Origin: Candidatus Multivorans sp.
GTDB taxonomy: Bacteria > Acidobacteriota > Thermoanaerobaculia > Multivoradales > Multivoraceae
DNA length: 64,000 bases
Assembly: GCA_965224025.1 (NCBI GenBank)
Contig: OZ245033.1
Coordinates: forward strand, 3,904,001-3,968,000
Reading direction: 5' to 3'
Shown: positions 8,820 through 18,259 of the stretch, one piece after another
Layout: each line of letters opens with the position of its first letter
Numbering within the stretch: the first letter of the stretch is position 1
Notes under the pieces: generated by a model
The model's database searches: none
What the model saw: the letters and a program-made list of their open reading frames with translations, nothing else
What the model was told of the DNA's origin: nothing
Made by a program: the position numbers and the translations under genes

Positions 8820-11800
8820 TCGCACACCGCAGTCCGACACTCATCGCCGCGACTTCGTGTCTCGCGTGCGGCGTCAAAACGAGGAGGAGTTCGGTCCAAA
8901 CGCCCGGCCAGCCGTCGAGCAACTCCTCTCCGCCGGCCACTCCCATCCTTGGACCTACGCCTACGAACTGACCCAAAACGCTATTGACGCAGGTGCGCGC
9001 CGGGTCGCGTGGCGGCGGAGCGGTGAAAGCACTGTCTGCTTCCAACACGACGGCGTCCAAGCTCTAGACGAGGAACACGTCCGCGCTTTGGCGTCACTCG
9101 GCCAATCCACAAAGGGACTCGCCGCGATCGGGTTCATGGGAGTGGGTTTCAAGTCCGTCTTCGCCCGCTTTCGTCAAGCCCGAATCTCAGGCTTCGGATG
9201 GCGCTTCCGATTCGACATCGCCACTGACCGAGGAGACCTGGGAGCGAGAGTTACGCGTTGGTTCGACACGCTTCTTCCGAAGTGGGACGAAGGGCCTCCA
9301 CGGCTGAATCCGCGTACGGACTACACCACCATCTTTCAGCTGAGCCAACCAGTGGATCCCGATCGGCCTCTGATGGCCGATCTTGACCATCTCGCGGCCC
9401 CCGACGATCCGATCCCGCTGGCGGTCTTGGCGCTCCGCGGCCTCAAAGAGGTACGCGTTGACGACGTGATGTGGCACCTCTCCGCTGAGGACAGCCTCAT
9501 CGAAGTCAGATCGTCGCCTGAGGGGCGGCTCTTCCGGTGGCAGTGGTTTGCCTCCCACTACCGCCCCGGAAACGACGGGATGCGCGCGTTCCTCGAGGCG
9601 CGCCGCAAACTCGAGGAGCAACGTGACGATCAGGGCCAACGGCCGGAGCGGAAAGTCATCGCATTGCTACCGCTGGACAGCGACGGGAGACCCGCTCCAC
9701 GAGATCGCGGGCGCGTCTACGCAACACTCCCGACGCAGACGCCGGTGCCGTTCGGCTTCCACCTACAAGCCGACTGGCTCGTCGATCTCGACCGCCGAAA
9801 CTTGAGGCCGATCGAGGAGAACGCTTGGCAGCAAGCCATCGTGCGGGAGGTGCCCGAACTCGTCCGGCAGATCCTCGTGTGGCTCAAGAAGCAACCCGAA
9901 GAGTCCAAGGAACGAGGGTACCGGCTTCTGGCCGATCCGACAACGGACGACGGCCCGCTTTCCGGTGCGCTCGGACACCTTCAAGAGGACTTCACTAGCG
10001 CGATCGGCGACCTGAGGGTCGTGCCGATTCATGGGCCCAAGGGAGGTGGCTACTGCAGTTTGGGGGGAGCCGCCCGCCTCCCTGGCCGGTTCCGGGACGA
10101 CTTCGGTCGCCGACCGGACTGGCGCCCCGACCTGTTGTTCGACCGGGAACTGGTGCAAGAGCGGATCGTGGGAAAGCGCGGCGCCGACTTCCTTCTCTGG
10201 CTTGGTTGCGCACGGGACGTGGAGGAGAGCGATGTCCGCTGGTCGGAGACGCTGCCCAATTGGTGGACCGCATTGGCCGAACTGGCTGACGCTGAACGCA
10301 CGAATGCCCTGTTCGCCCTTTGGCGAGGCGTCGACGATCAAGGGTGGCATGATGCGCCAGTCGTCCCAACTGAGGCCGGCAAGTGGCTGCCGGCCGGAAG
10401 CACCCGCTGGCTGAACGAGGAACCGCCGTCAGAGAAGGAAAACAGTGGCGCCGTTGTTGCCAGGGCGCTTGCCGATCTCCTTCCGCAACCCGATGAACGC
10501 CTCCCAGCCGGCCTGCGCAGCCGTGTGGCGCAGTCGGGTGACCCCGGCGCCGAGTGGCTCAAGACCAGGCATCAGGAGGTGACCCTCGCGTCGGTCATCA
10601 ACAGCGTCTGCGAGTCCGCCGGGGACAGGGACGAACTCCCCTTGGTTGAACTCTTGGAGTGGGCTCTCGGCCGTGGCGACCGACGACAGGGGCTCGTGCC
10701 TCTCGTAATGACGGAGGACGGCGCTCGTAGACCCAAAGAGGCTGTACTCGCCGATCCGATCGTCGACCACGGCAATTGCCGCCGAAGGCTCTTCCACCGC
10801 AAGGGACCGCTGGTCGAGGACTACGCGATCATCGAAGACCGCCACGCGGCTGTTCTATTCCTTGAACGACTCGATGTTCCCGGTCGGGTCGACCTCAAAT
10901 CGCTGTCCACATGGTACGGGTTGCGTGACAAGCAACAAGTCCAACGGCGCATCGGCGCCGAGGCACCCCAAACAACTCAGCGTAGCGGGTACACGGTTTC
11001 CGACTACGACTTTCCGTTCGAGACTGAAGATGTCCCTCCTGAGGCTTTGCAAGACTGGTTGACTAGCGAGCCTTCACGCCTGCGAGGCCGTGGGCGCTTG
11101 CGAGCAGAAGGCAGTCGCTACGGCCCCCAAGTGAGCCGAGGAACGAAACCCTGCGCCTGGATTCGAGCGCTCCGGGAACATGCTTGGCTGCTTTGCCAGG
11201 ACGGCGAACGCCGCAAGCCCAGCGAGGTCCGGCTCTTGCCCGATCCCGACTACGAGGACGCCCCTGTCGCGGACATCGATCCAGAACTGGCTAGACACCT
11301 GCAGCAGGAAGGCATTGAGTTCGGCATCGCTGTCCCCAAGTCGCCCGCGTTGCGACGCCTTGCAGTGCGTGGCGGCGAGGACATGCCGGACGCTCAGCTC
11401 GCCGCCCTTCTCCGGGAAGTAAAGGAGGATCTGGCCACCGGTACAGCCAGCCGGGTTGAGCTAGCCACCGCACTCGGCGGAGTGAAGCTCCATGAAGCGC
11501 CGCTTCTGACTCGTGTCGTGGAGCGTTGTGGCGCCGGTGAGAGGCTCCGCGGCGACCTAGGTAAATGGGTCGTCGCGCTGTCTTCCGTGAAGGACGAGCT
11601 GGCGGCCGCCGTGAGGGATCTCTCGCTGTCCCTTGCACGGACGACTACCGGACGCCAAGCTCTCGACTTTCTTGTCCATACATGGGAGCAGAAACCCGAC
11701 CGAGTGGAACACGTCCGCGGCCGAGTCGCCGCCGCGTACAGGTACGTGCTGGAGGACCTTGAGGTCGGCGAACTTTCGCTTTCCGACTGGCAGGAGCACA

Positions 11801-11958
11801 GGAACCGGGCTTGGCGTTCGGTCTACGAATCCTCGCTCGTTGTGGACGACGTCCAGTCCCCGTTTGTTCGCCAGCTCCTGGCGGACGACCGGATTACGGT
11901 CGCGGCTGCTCACTTGGGCGAAACACGCAAGCAGATCCGCCGAGTGGCGGAACTCCTA

Positions 11959-13095
11959 GTGTAGTGTCTCCGACATGGGTTGACAGTTTCGGTTAAGTTC
12001 GTCAGTATTCCGTTCATGTGGGAACCAGCGGAACGACTTGACATCGAAGAGAGCGATCGAGCGCTTCTCAAGAAATGCGTAGAGGCGCCGACGACGCCGC
12101 AACGCACGGTCCGGCGTAGCCGGATCGTGCTCGCTGCGGCGGAGGGCACGGCCAATCGGGCGATCGCGGCGAAACTCGGAGTTTCGCGGCCCACGGTGCT
12201 GCTGTGGCGTCGTCGGTTCGCGGAGGACGGGCCTTCGGGGCTGACCAGGGATCGTCCCCGCGGTTGCGGAAAGCCGCCGCTCTCGGAGTCGGTCGTGCGT
12301 AAAGTGATCGAAGCGACGCTGCACGAGAAGCCGCCCGGTCAGACCCACTGGAGCGTGCGTTCGATGGCTCGGGCCCAGGGCATCAGTCCGGCGGCGGTCC
12401 AGCGCATCTGGGCGGCGCACGGGCTGAAGCCCCATCTGGTCAGGACGTTCAAGCTGAGTAACGACCCCAGGTTCGTGGAAAAGCTGCGGGACGTTGTGGG
12501 CCTGTACCGGAATCCGCCCGAGAATGCGCTTGTGCTGTGCGTGGACGAGAAGAGCCAGATCCAGGCTCTGGACCGGACCCAGCCGGGTTTGCCGCTCAAG
12601 CGCGGCCGCGCGGGAACGATGACCCACGACTACAAGCGCAACGGGACGACGACGTTGTTCGCTGCGCTGAACGTGTTGGAGGGCACGGTGATCGCGGAGT
12701 GCATGGGCCGGCAGCGCCACCAGGAGTTTCTCCGTTTCCTCAAGCGTCTCGACCGTGAGATCCCAAAGCACCTCGACCTGCACCTGATCCTGGACAACTA
12801 CCAGACCCACAAACACGCCGCCGTGCGCGCATGGCTGGAGCGAAAGCCTCGCTTCCACCTCCATTTCATTCCCACTTCGTCGCCCTGGCTTAACCTGGTC
12901 GAACGCTGGCTGGGCGGTCTGACCACGAAGGCGATCCGGCGCGGTGCATTCCAGAGCGTCAACGACCTCGTAAAGACCATCTACGACTATGTGGACCACA
13001 GCAACGAAAACTCCCGGCCGTTCGTCTGGACGGCCACCGCCGACAGCATCGTCGCAAAGGTTACACGTGGTAAAGCCATGTTGGAGACACTACAC
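11959..13095 (+). mobile_element. IS630-family insertion sequence
   Basis: 20-bp terminal inverted repeats GTGTAGTGTCTCCGACATGG / CCATGTTGGAGACACTACAC (1 mismatch); TA duplication at 11957-58 and 13096-97. Confidence 0.96.
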
Positions 13096-13098
13096 TAG
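12016..13098 (+). CDS. IS630 transposase
   Basis: N-terminal HTH; CVDEKSQIQAL, LILDNY and PWLNLVERW DDE motifs; the stop codon uses the duplicated TA. Confidence 0.95.
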   Translation: MWEPAERLDIEESDRALLKKCVEAPTTPQRTVRRSRIVLAAAEGTANRAIAAKLGVSRPTVLLWRRRFAEDGPSGLTRDRPRGCGKPPLSESVVRKVIEATLHEKPPGQTHWSVRSMARAQGISPAAVQRIWAAHGLKPHLVRTFKLSNDPRFVEKLRDVVGLYRNPPENALVLCVDEKSQIQALDRTQPGLPLKRGRAGTMTHDYKRNGTTTLFAALNVLEGTVIAECMGRQRHQEFLRFLKRLDREIPKHLDLHLILDNYQTHKHAAVRAWLERKPRFHLHFIPTSSPWLNLVERWLGGLTTKAIRRGAFQSVNDLVKTIYDYVDHSNENSRPFVWTATADSIVAKVTRGKAMLETLH

Positions 13099-14236
13099 AT
13101 GTAAGCCTGCTGTCGGACCAAATCGAGGTCCGTCCCGGCACTCCCCTCAGCCACGAACCGCCTTGGGCGGGCCGACTCCAGCGAGTTGTCCAGACGCTGG
13201 CGTCCCTTGAGGATCGGCAGGCGCTACGGAAGCTGGCCTACTACGACGGCCTCACCCTGCGGGTCGGGGACTCGGAGCGCCCCGTCCGTGCATATGTTGA
13301 AGGTCGTGCCCTCCGACTCGTCGGCGAGCCTTCCGATTTCGCAGTAGAAGCCGCAGACCAGCTCGTGAACTACTTTCAACTCCGCCAGCGGGGAAACGAT
13401 GTCGCGTGGCTCACGGGAGCGCTGTTCGCACTGGAAGGGGCTGAGACCTTTCGGACTCACCTCAAGATGCTGGCGGATGGCCTCGGCGTGGAGGCCGATC
13501 TCGACGATCTGGAGCCCGACCACTCGGCTGAACCCCAAACCGACCACCACCAAGGCCGAAGACCGGACACCGCGCAGGAGCGGCCGGACGCGAAGTCGGT
13601 CCCAGAGTCGCGTCCGGCAGCAAACCAAGTCGCGATCTTCGTCCAGCCCGGAGAAAACGAGGAGACCGCCGTGAAAACACCCGGCAGCCCCTCAGCCAAG
13701 ACCGGAACGATGCCGAGAAGCGACGCGAAGGCCCGGAAGGCAGTGGTCAGATTCGAGAACGAGCAAGGCCGGCGTGCGGCGGATATGCCAGCCAACCAGC
13801 CCGGCTACGATGTCCTCAGCCGAGATCGGAGCACGGGCAGGGAGTTGCGCCGGATCGAAGTGAAGGGTGTCCAGGGGCGATTCGACGGAAGACACGCCAG
13901 CGTTCTCCTGTCAGTCCGACAGGTCAACGATGCCTTGAAGGAGGAGGGCGGCGCTGAGTACTGGCTCTACGTCGTCGATTCGACCGAAACAGCGAGGCCG
14001 CGCGTGTTCCCATTGCCGTGGACCCGCTGGCATCAGAAGCTGCGCTATGGCTTCTTTGCTAGTGCCTGGATCCAGCACGCCGAAGACCCGAGCCAACCCA
14101 CGAATCCGGACGAGGCCTCGTAGCTCGGTCAGGCTGCCCCGAAGCGTCGGCCAGCGGAACTGCGTAACGGTGGCCAATGCAACCAAGCGCCGTCCCCGAG
14201 CGCTGCAGTGAGCCGTACCGGCGATAAGCTGCCGCG

Positions 14237-16141
14237 ATGACAAGACGACCTGTTGTGGCGATCAGCGCCCTGGCCCTCGCCTTCGCCGTGACGGCTGCCG
14301 AAGCCCAGCGCACCGTCAAGCCCGTCCTGCACGGCCGCCACTGGGTCGCCGTCACCGGCAAACCTCTGGCCGCCACGGCCGGCGCCACGATCTTCGCCCG
14401 CGGCGGCAATGCCGTCGACGCGACCTGCGCGATGCTGGCCGCGACCTCGACGATGTGGGACACGCTCGGCTGGGGTGGCGAGACGCAGGCGCTGATCTTC
14501 GATCCGCGCACGCGGGAGGTGATCGGAATCAACGCACTTGGGGTGGCCCCTACCGGCGCCACGGTCGACTTCTTCCGCGAACGGAACTTCGTCTATCCGC
14601 CGGAGTACGGTCCGCTCGCGGCTGTGACGCCGGGCACCCCGGGCGGGCTCATCGTGATGCTCGCGCACTACGGCACGATGAGCCTCGCCGAGGTCCTCGA
14701 ACCCGCGATGCAGATGGCCGACGGCTATCCGATCGAGCAGTCGCAGGCGGACAACATCGAGCGGCGCAAGGAAATACTGCAGCAGTGGCCGGACTCGGCG
14801 CGCGTCTTCCTGCCCCACCTGTCGTCGGCAAAGGGGGGCGAGGATCGCGCGGCGCCGCGCGCCGGCGAGATCTTCCGCCAACCGGACCTGCTGGACACGC
14901 TCCGCAAACTGGTCGAGGCGGAGGCCGCGGCGCTGAAGCAGGGCAAGAGCCGCGAGCAGGCCCTGGGGGCCGCCTACGACCGCTTCTACCGCGGCGACAT
15001 CGCCGAAGAGTTCGTCCGCGGCTCGCGGGAACTCGGCGGCCTGCACACGATGGCCGACCTCGACGGCTGGCAGGTCCACATCGAGGCGCCGGTGCACGCG
15101 AACTACCGCGGAATCGACGTCTACAAGCTGACCTCCTGGGTCCAGGGACCGGTGATGCTGCAGTCTCTGAACATCCTCGAGAACGCCGACCTGGTGTCGA
15201 TGGGCTACAACTCGGCCCGCTACATCCACGCCGTCTACCAGGCAATGAACCTGGCTTTCGCGGACCGCGACTTCTACTACGGCGACCCGTACTACCCGCC
15301 GGAGGAGCCGCTTGAAGGCCTGCTCTCGAAGGACTACGCCCGCGCGCGCTACGAGTCGATCGACTGGGAGCAGAACGACGAGGACGCCCGCCCCGGCGAT
15401 CCGTACGCGTTCCAGGAGGGCGAGCATCCCTTCCACGACCTGCTCGAACAGTGGACGCCGATCCCGCCGGGGGCGGACGCCGAGGGCGAGGAGGGCTTCC
15501 AGCAGGCGTCGGCCGGCCGAACGCGGCTGCCCCGAATGACCTACGAGGAGGCGTTCACCGCCGGCACAACCTCGATCCAGGCCGCCGACGCCGACGGCTG
15601 GGTCGTGTCCGTCACCCCCAGCGGCGCCTGGATTCCCGCCGTGATCGCGGGCCGCACCGGCATCGGCATGAGCCAGCGGATGCAGAGCTTCGTGCTCGAC
15701 CCGAGGCTCAATCCGTACAACCTGCCCGAGCCGGGGAAGCGCCCGCGCGCCACCCTGACGCCCGGTATGGCGCTTCTGGACGGCTCTCCGTACCTGTCCT
15801 TCGCCGTCCAGGGCGGCGACACCCAAGACCAGAATCTGCTCCAGTTCTTCTTGGGCGTGGTCGAGTTCGGCATGAACGTCCAGCAGGCGGTGGAGGCGGC
15901 GAACATCACCAGCCACCAGATGCAGAGTTCCTTCGGCGCCCACGAGTCCCGGCCGGGAGACATCGACGTGCGCCGGGACGTGCCGCCGTGGGTGCGCGAA
16001 GAACTCCGCAACATGGGCTACCGTGTACGCGCGCTCGACCGCACCTCGGGGCCGATCACCGCGATCTGGTTCGACCGTGGGAACGGGACGATGTGGGGCG
16101 GCGCCAGCGACTTCGGCGACGACTACGGCATCGCGTGGTAG
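14237..16141 (+). CDS. ggt: Gamma-glutamyltransferase family protein (exported)
   Basis: GGNAVDA, AVTPGTPGG, AFADRDFYYGDP, nucleophile GTTSI, PGKRPRATLTP and GGDTQ motifs. Confidence 0.92.
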   Translation: MTRRPVVAISALALAFAVTAAEAQRTVKPVLHGRHWVAVTGKPLAATAGATIFARGGNAVDATCAMLAATSTMWDTLGWGGETQALIFDPRTREVIGINALGVAPTGATVDFFRERNFVYPPEYGPLAAVTPGTPGGLIVMLAHYGTMSLAEVLEPAMQMADGYPIEQSQADNIERRKEILQQWPDSARVFLPHLSSAKGGEDRAAPRAGEIFRQPDLLDTLRKLVEAEAAALKQGKSREQALGAAYDRFYRGDIAEEFVRGSRELGGLHTMADLDGWQVHIEAPVHANYRGIDVYKLTSWVQGPVMLQSLNILENADLVSMGYNSARYIHAVYQAMNLAFADRDFYYGDPYYPPEEPLEGLLSKDYARARYESIDWEQNDEDARPGDPYAFQEGEHPFHDLLEQWTPIPPGADAEGEEGFQQASAGRTRLPRMTYEEAFTAGTTSIQAADADGWVVSVTPSGAWIPAVIAGRTGIGMSQRMQSFVLDPRLNPYNLPEPGKRPRATLTPGMALLDGSPYLSFAVQGGDTQDQNLLQFFLGVVEFGMNVQQAVEAANITSHQMQSSFGAHESRPGDIDVRRDVPPWVREELRNMGYRVRALDRTSGPITAIWFDRGNGTMWGGASDFGDDYGIAW

Positions 16142-16234
16142 GCGATCGCCTTGCCATCGGCTTAGGTCGTGAGGACGAGACCGCTGTTCCTTGGTGTTGG
16201 TAGAGTTCTGCTCCTGAACGACCCGGCGCGGCAG

Positions 16235-16441
16235 ATGCGACTGACAATCGAAACAGAGCGCGAGGACGATGGCCGCTGGATTGCGGAGGTCATCGAGCTC
16301 GCAGGCGTCATGGCCTACGGAGAGAGCCGCGAAGACGCCATGAGGCGAGCGAAGGCACTGGCTCTTCGCGTTGTCGCCGAGCGGATGGAGCAGGGTGAGC
16401 CCTCGGCGAGGGCGACCACCATCCGGTTTGCCGCTGCGTGA
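16235..16441 (+). CDS. hicB: HicB family antitoxin (short form)
   Basis: MRLTIETEREDDGRWIAEVIELAGVMAYGESREDA. Confidence 0.88.
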   Translation: MRLTIETEREDDGRWIAEVIELAGVMAYGESREDAMRRAKALALRVVAERMEQGEPSARATTIRFAAA

Positions 16442-16650
16442 GTGCTTGGCCAACCGTCAAGGCTCGACGGGTGTTAGCCGCCTTGGTGCGCATCGGGTGG
16501 CGGGTCGAAAGATCATCGGGTTCTCACAAGACCCTCTCGCGTCCCGGCTGGCCGAAGTACGTGTTCGCGTTTCGCGGCGCCGAAGAAATCGGGCCGCGCA
16601 TGTTGGCCCGTATCGCCAAGAGAACCGGTCTGAGCCGGGACGATCTCTGA
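16438..16650 (+). CDS. hicA: HicA family toxin
   Basis: ARRVLAALVRIGW...SGSHKTL...EEIGPRMLARIAK; GTGA overlap with hicB. Confidence 0.88.
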   Translation: MSAWPTVKARRVLAALVRIGWRVERSSGSHKTLSRPGWPKYVFAFRGAEEIGPRMLARIAKRTGLSRDDL

Positions 16651-16887
16651 GATCAGAAGCGTCGGGGTTAGAGGCCTATCACTCCGTACCACCGCCCCTC
16701 GATGACCGACGCGACAGTGACCGGTGAGTTCCGGCCCCGGAAGCCAGACTGCATCACCGCCCGAGCGAGGAGCGCGGCCCTCTACCGCCTGTGTGTGCTG
16801 GGCTACACGGAGGTTTACTGCACGTCCCTCCATCTCTGCCTGTCGGGCAAGCGTCCGCCTCGTCTTGAACTCGTCATCGACGAGACG

Positions 16888-18125
16888 ATGCCGCAGATTG
16901 AGCTCAAGCGAGGCTGGTTCTGGTGCCGGTTGACCGTTCACACGGCCCCGGGCCGCTCGGTCCGCATCGGCGGGCTCGGCCGGCAACGGGCGGAAGCGAT
17001 CGGCCAGGCAGTAGCGGCCGCCAGAGGCGCCGCGGCGGCGGCCCAACGGAAGGCCGAGAGGGTCGGTCCCCGCCTGATCGATCTCGCGGAAGAGGCCATC
17101 CGGACTTTCGATGGCACGCGCTACATCCGCCATTCGTCCGCCCGACCCATCCTCCGTAGGATCCAGAGCGCCGCCAAGGATTGCCGTTCCGATCTTGTCC
17201 GCCGTCAACTCGACCCCGGCGCCGCCGCGGCGCTGCGGATTCTTGAAGAGACCGGCGTCGCGAAGAAACGCTTTGAAGCGTCCCGCGAAGCCGCCAACGA
17301 GAGTTCGTGGTCTCGGCCAGATCCCAGATCCTGGAGGCGGCCGCGGGCGTCACTCAACACTCGCCGACTACTGAGCAGGCGGCCGCCATGGCGACCGACG
17401 AGGACGTCACCCTGGTGCGTGCCGGGGCCGGCGCCGCAGTCCGTCCCTGGCCGACATCGAGGTATGGACTTTCAACAGTTTCGGCCATCGTGTGATCGCC
17501 GAAACCACCGTCGCGCCAACCCTCTCGCGCTTCGCAGGAAACGACAAGCGGCTGGCTCAGGCCATCACCGTTTGGCTCAAGGGAGTGCCGAACCTCCTCC
17601 TCTCGTTCATCGCCTACCGGCGCAACGCATACCGCTCCCCATTCGACTTCAGAACCACCGCGGAATACACCGACTACGTCCATTCGTGCGAACCCCGCAC
17701 CCTGAGCGGCGACAAGGTCAAGAGCCTGGAGGAGGTTCAGGTGAACTTCCTTTCCCTGCACGGCGTCGACTTCGAATACGAGGCGAACTACAGGGTTCCG
17801 AGGGCGAGCAGCCTCCACCGCCAGTACGAGCCGGACTTCTACCTTCCCGATCACGACCTCTACATCGAGCATTTCGCCCTGGACAAGGACGGTCGAGCGC
17901 CTAGGCTGCACGAACAGCCCGATCTGCAACCATCTTGCACCCCGTTGCTGGGAGTGCCGCAGCGGCTACCTGGTGGCCGAGTCGGGCCGCGATGAGTCCG
18001 ACGACGGCGCCCGTGCGCCCTGCAGCAACCTCAACTGCCACAACGAGGCCCCGCTCTGCCCTGAATGCCGCGAAGGCACGCTCGTCCCGAAAGACGGCCC
18101 CTACGGGCCACCGCAGCTACGCTGA
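16888..18125 (+). pseudogene. helD: Degraded DNA helicase IV (HelD/UvrD-like) gene
   Basis: Fragments in different frames: IELKRGWFWCRL (N-terminal), TEQAAAMATDEDVTLVRAGAG (truncated Walker A), RTLSGDKVKSLEE...YEPDFYLPDHDLYIEHFALD, and CPECREGTLVPKDGPYG (C4 Zn finger). Confidence 0.75.
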
Positions 18126-18259
18126 CCTCCTCGGAGCTGCACCGCAAGGAGGACCGCCCCCGATCGACTTCCTGGTCTGTCGATAGACTGCCGACCGGGA
18201 TCGGCCGCCCCGGCCCCAAATGCCCGGACCAGCCCCCAGTTCAACCAGGAGCTACCGCC

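Larger units (their letters stand above)
8857..14123 (+). pseudogene. Sacsin/NOV-like GHKL ATPase with C-terminal DUF3883-like nuclease domain, interrupted by IS630 (1375 aa when restored)
   Basis: ELTQNAIDA and IGFMGVGFKSVF ATPase motifs, TLPT...FGFHLQADW, and C-terminal QPGYDVLS...RRIEVKG...YWLYVV. Removing the IS and one TA joins 11958 to 13098 in frame with no stop up to 14123. Confidence 0.85.
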
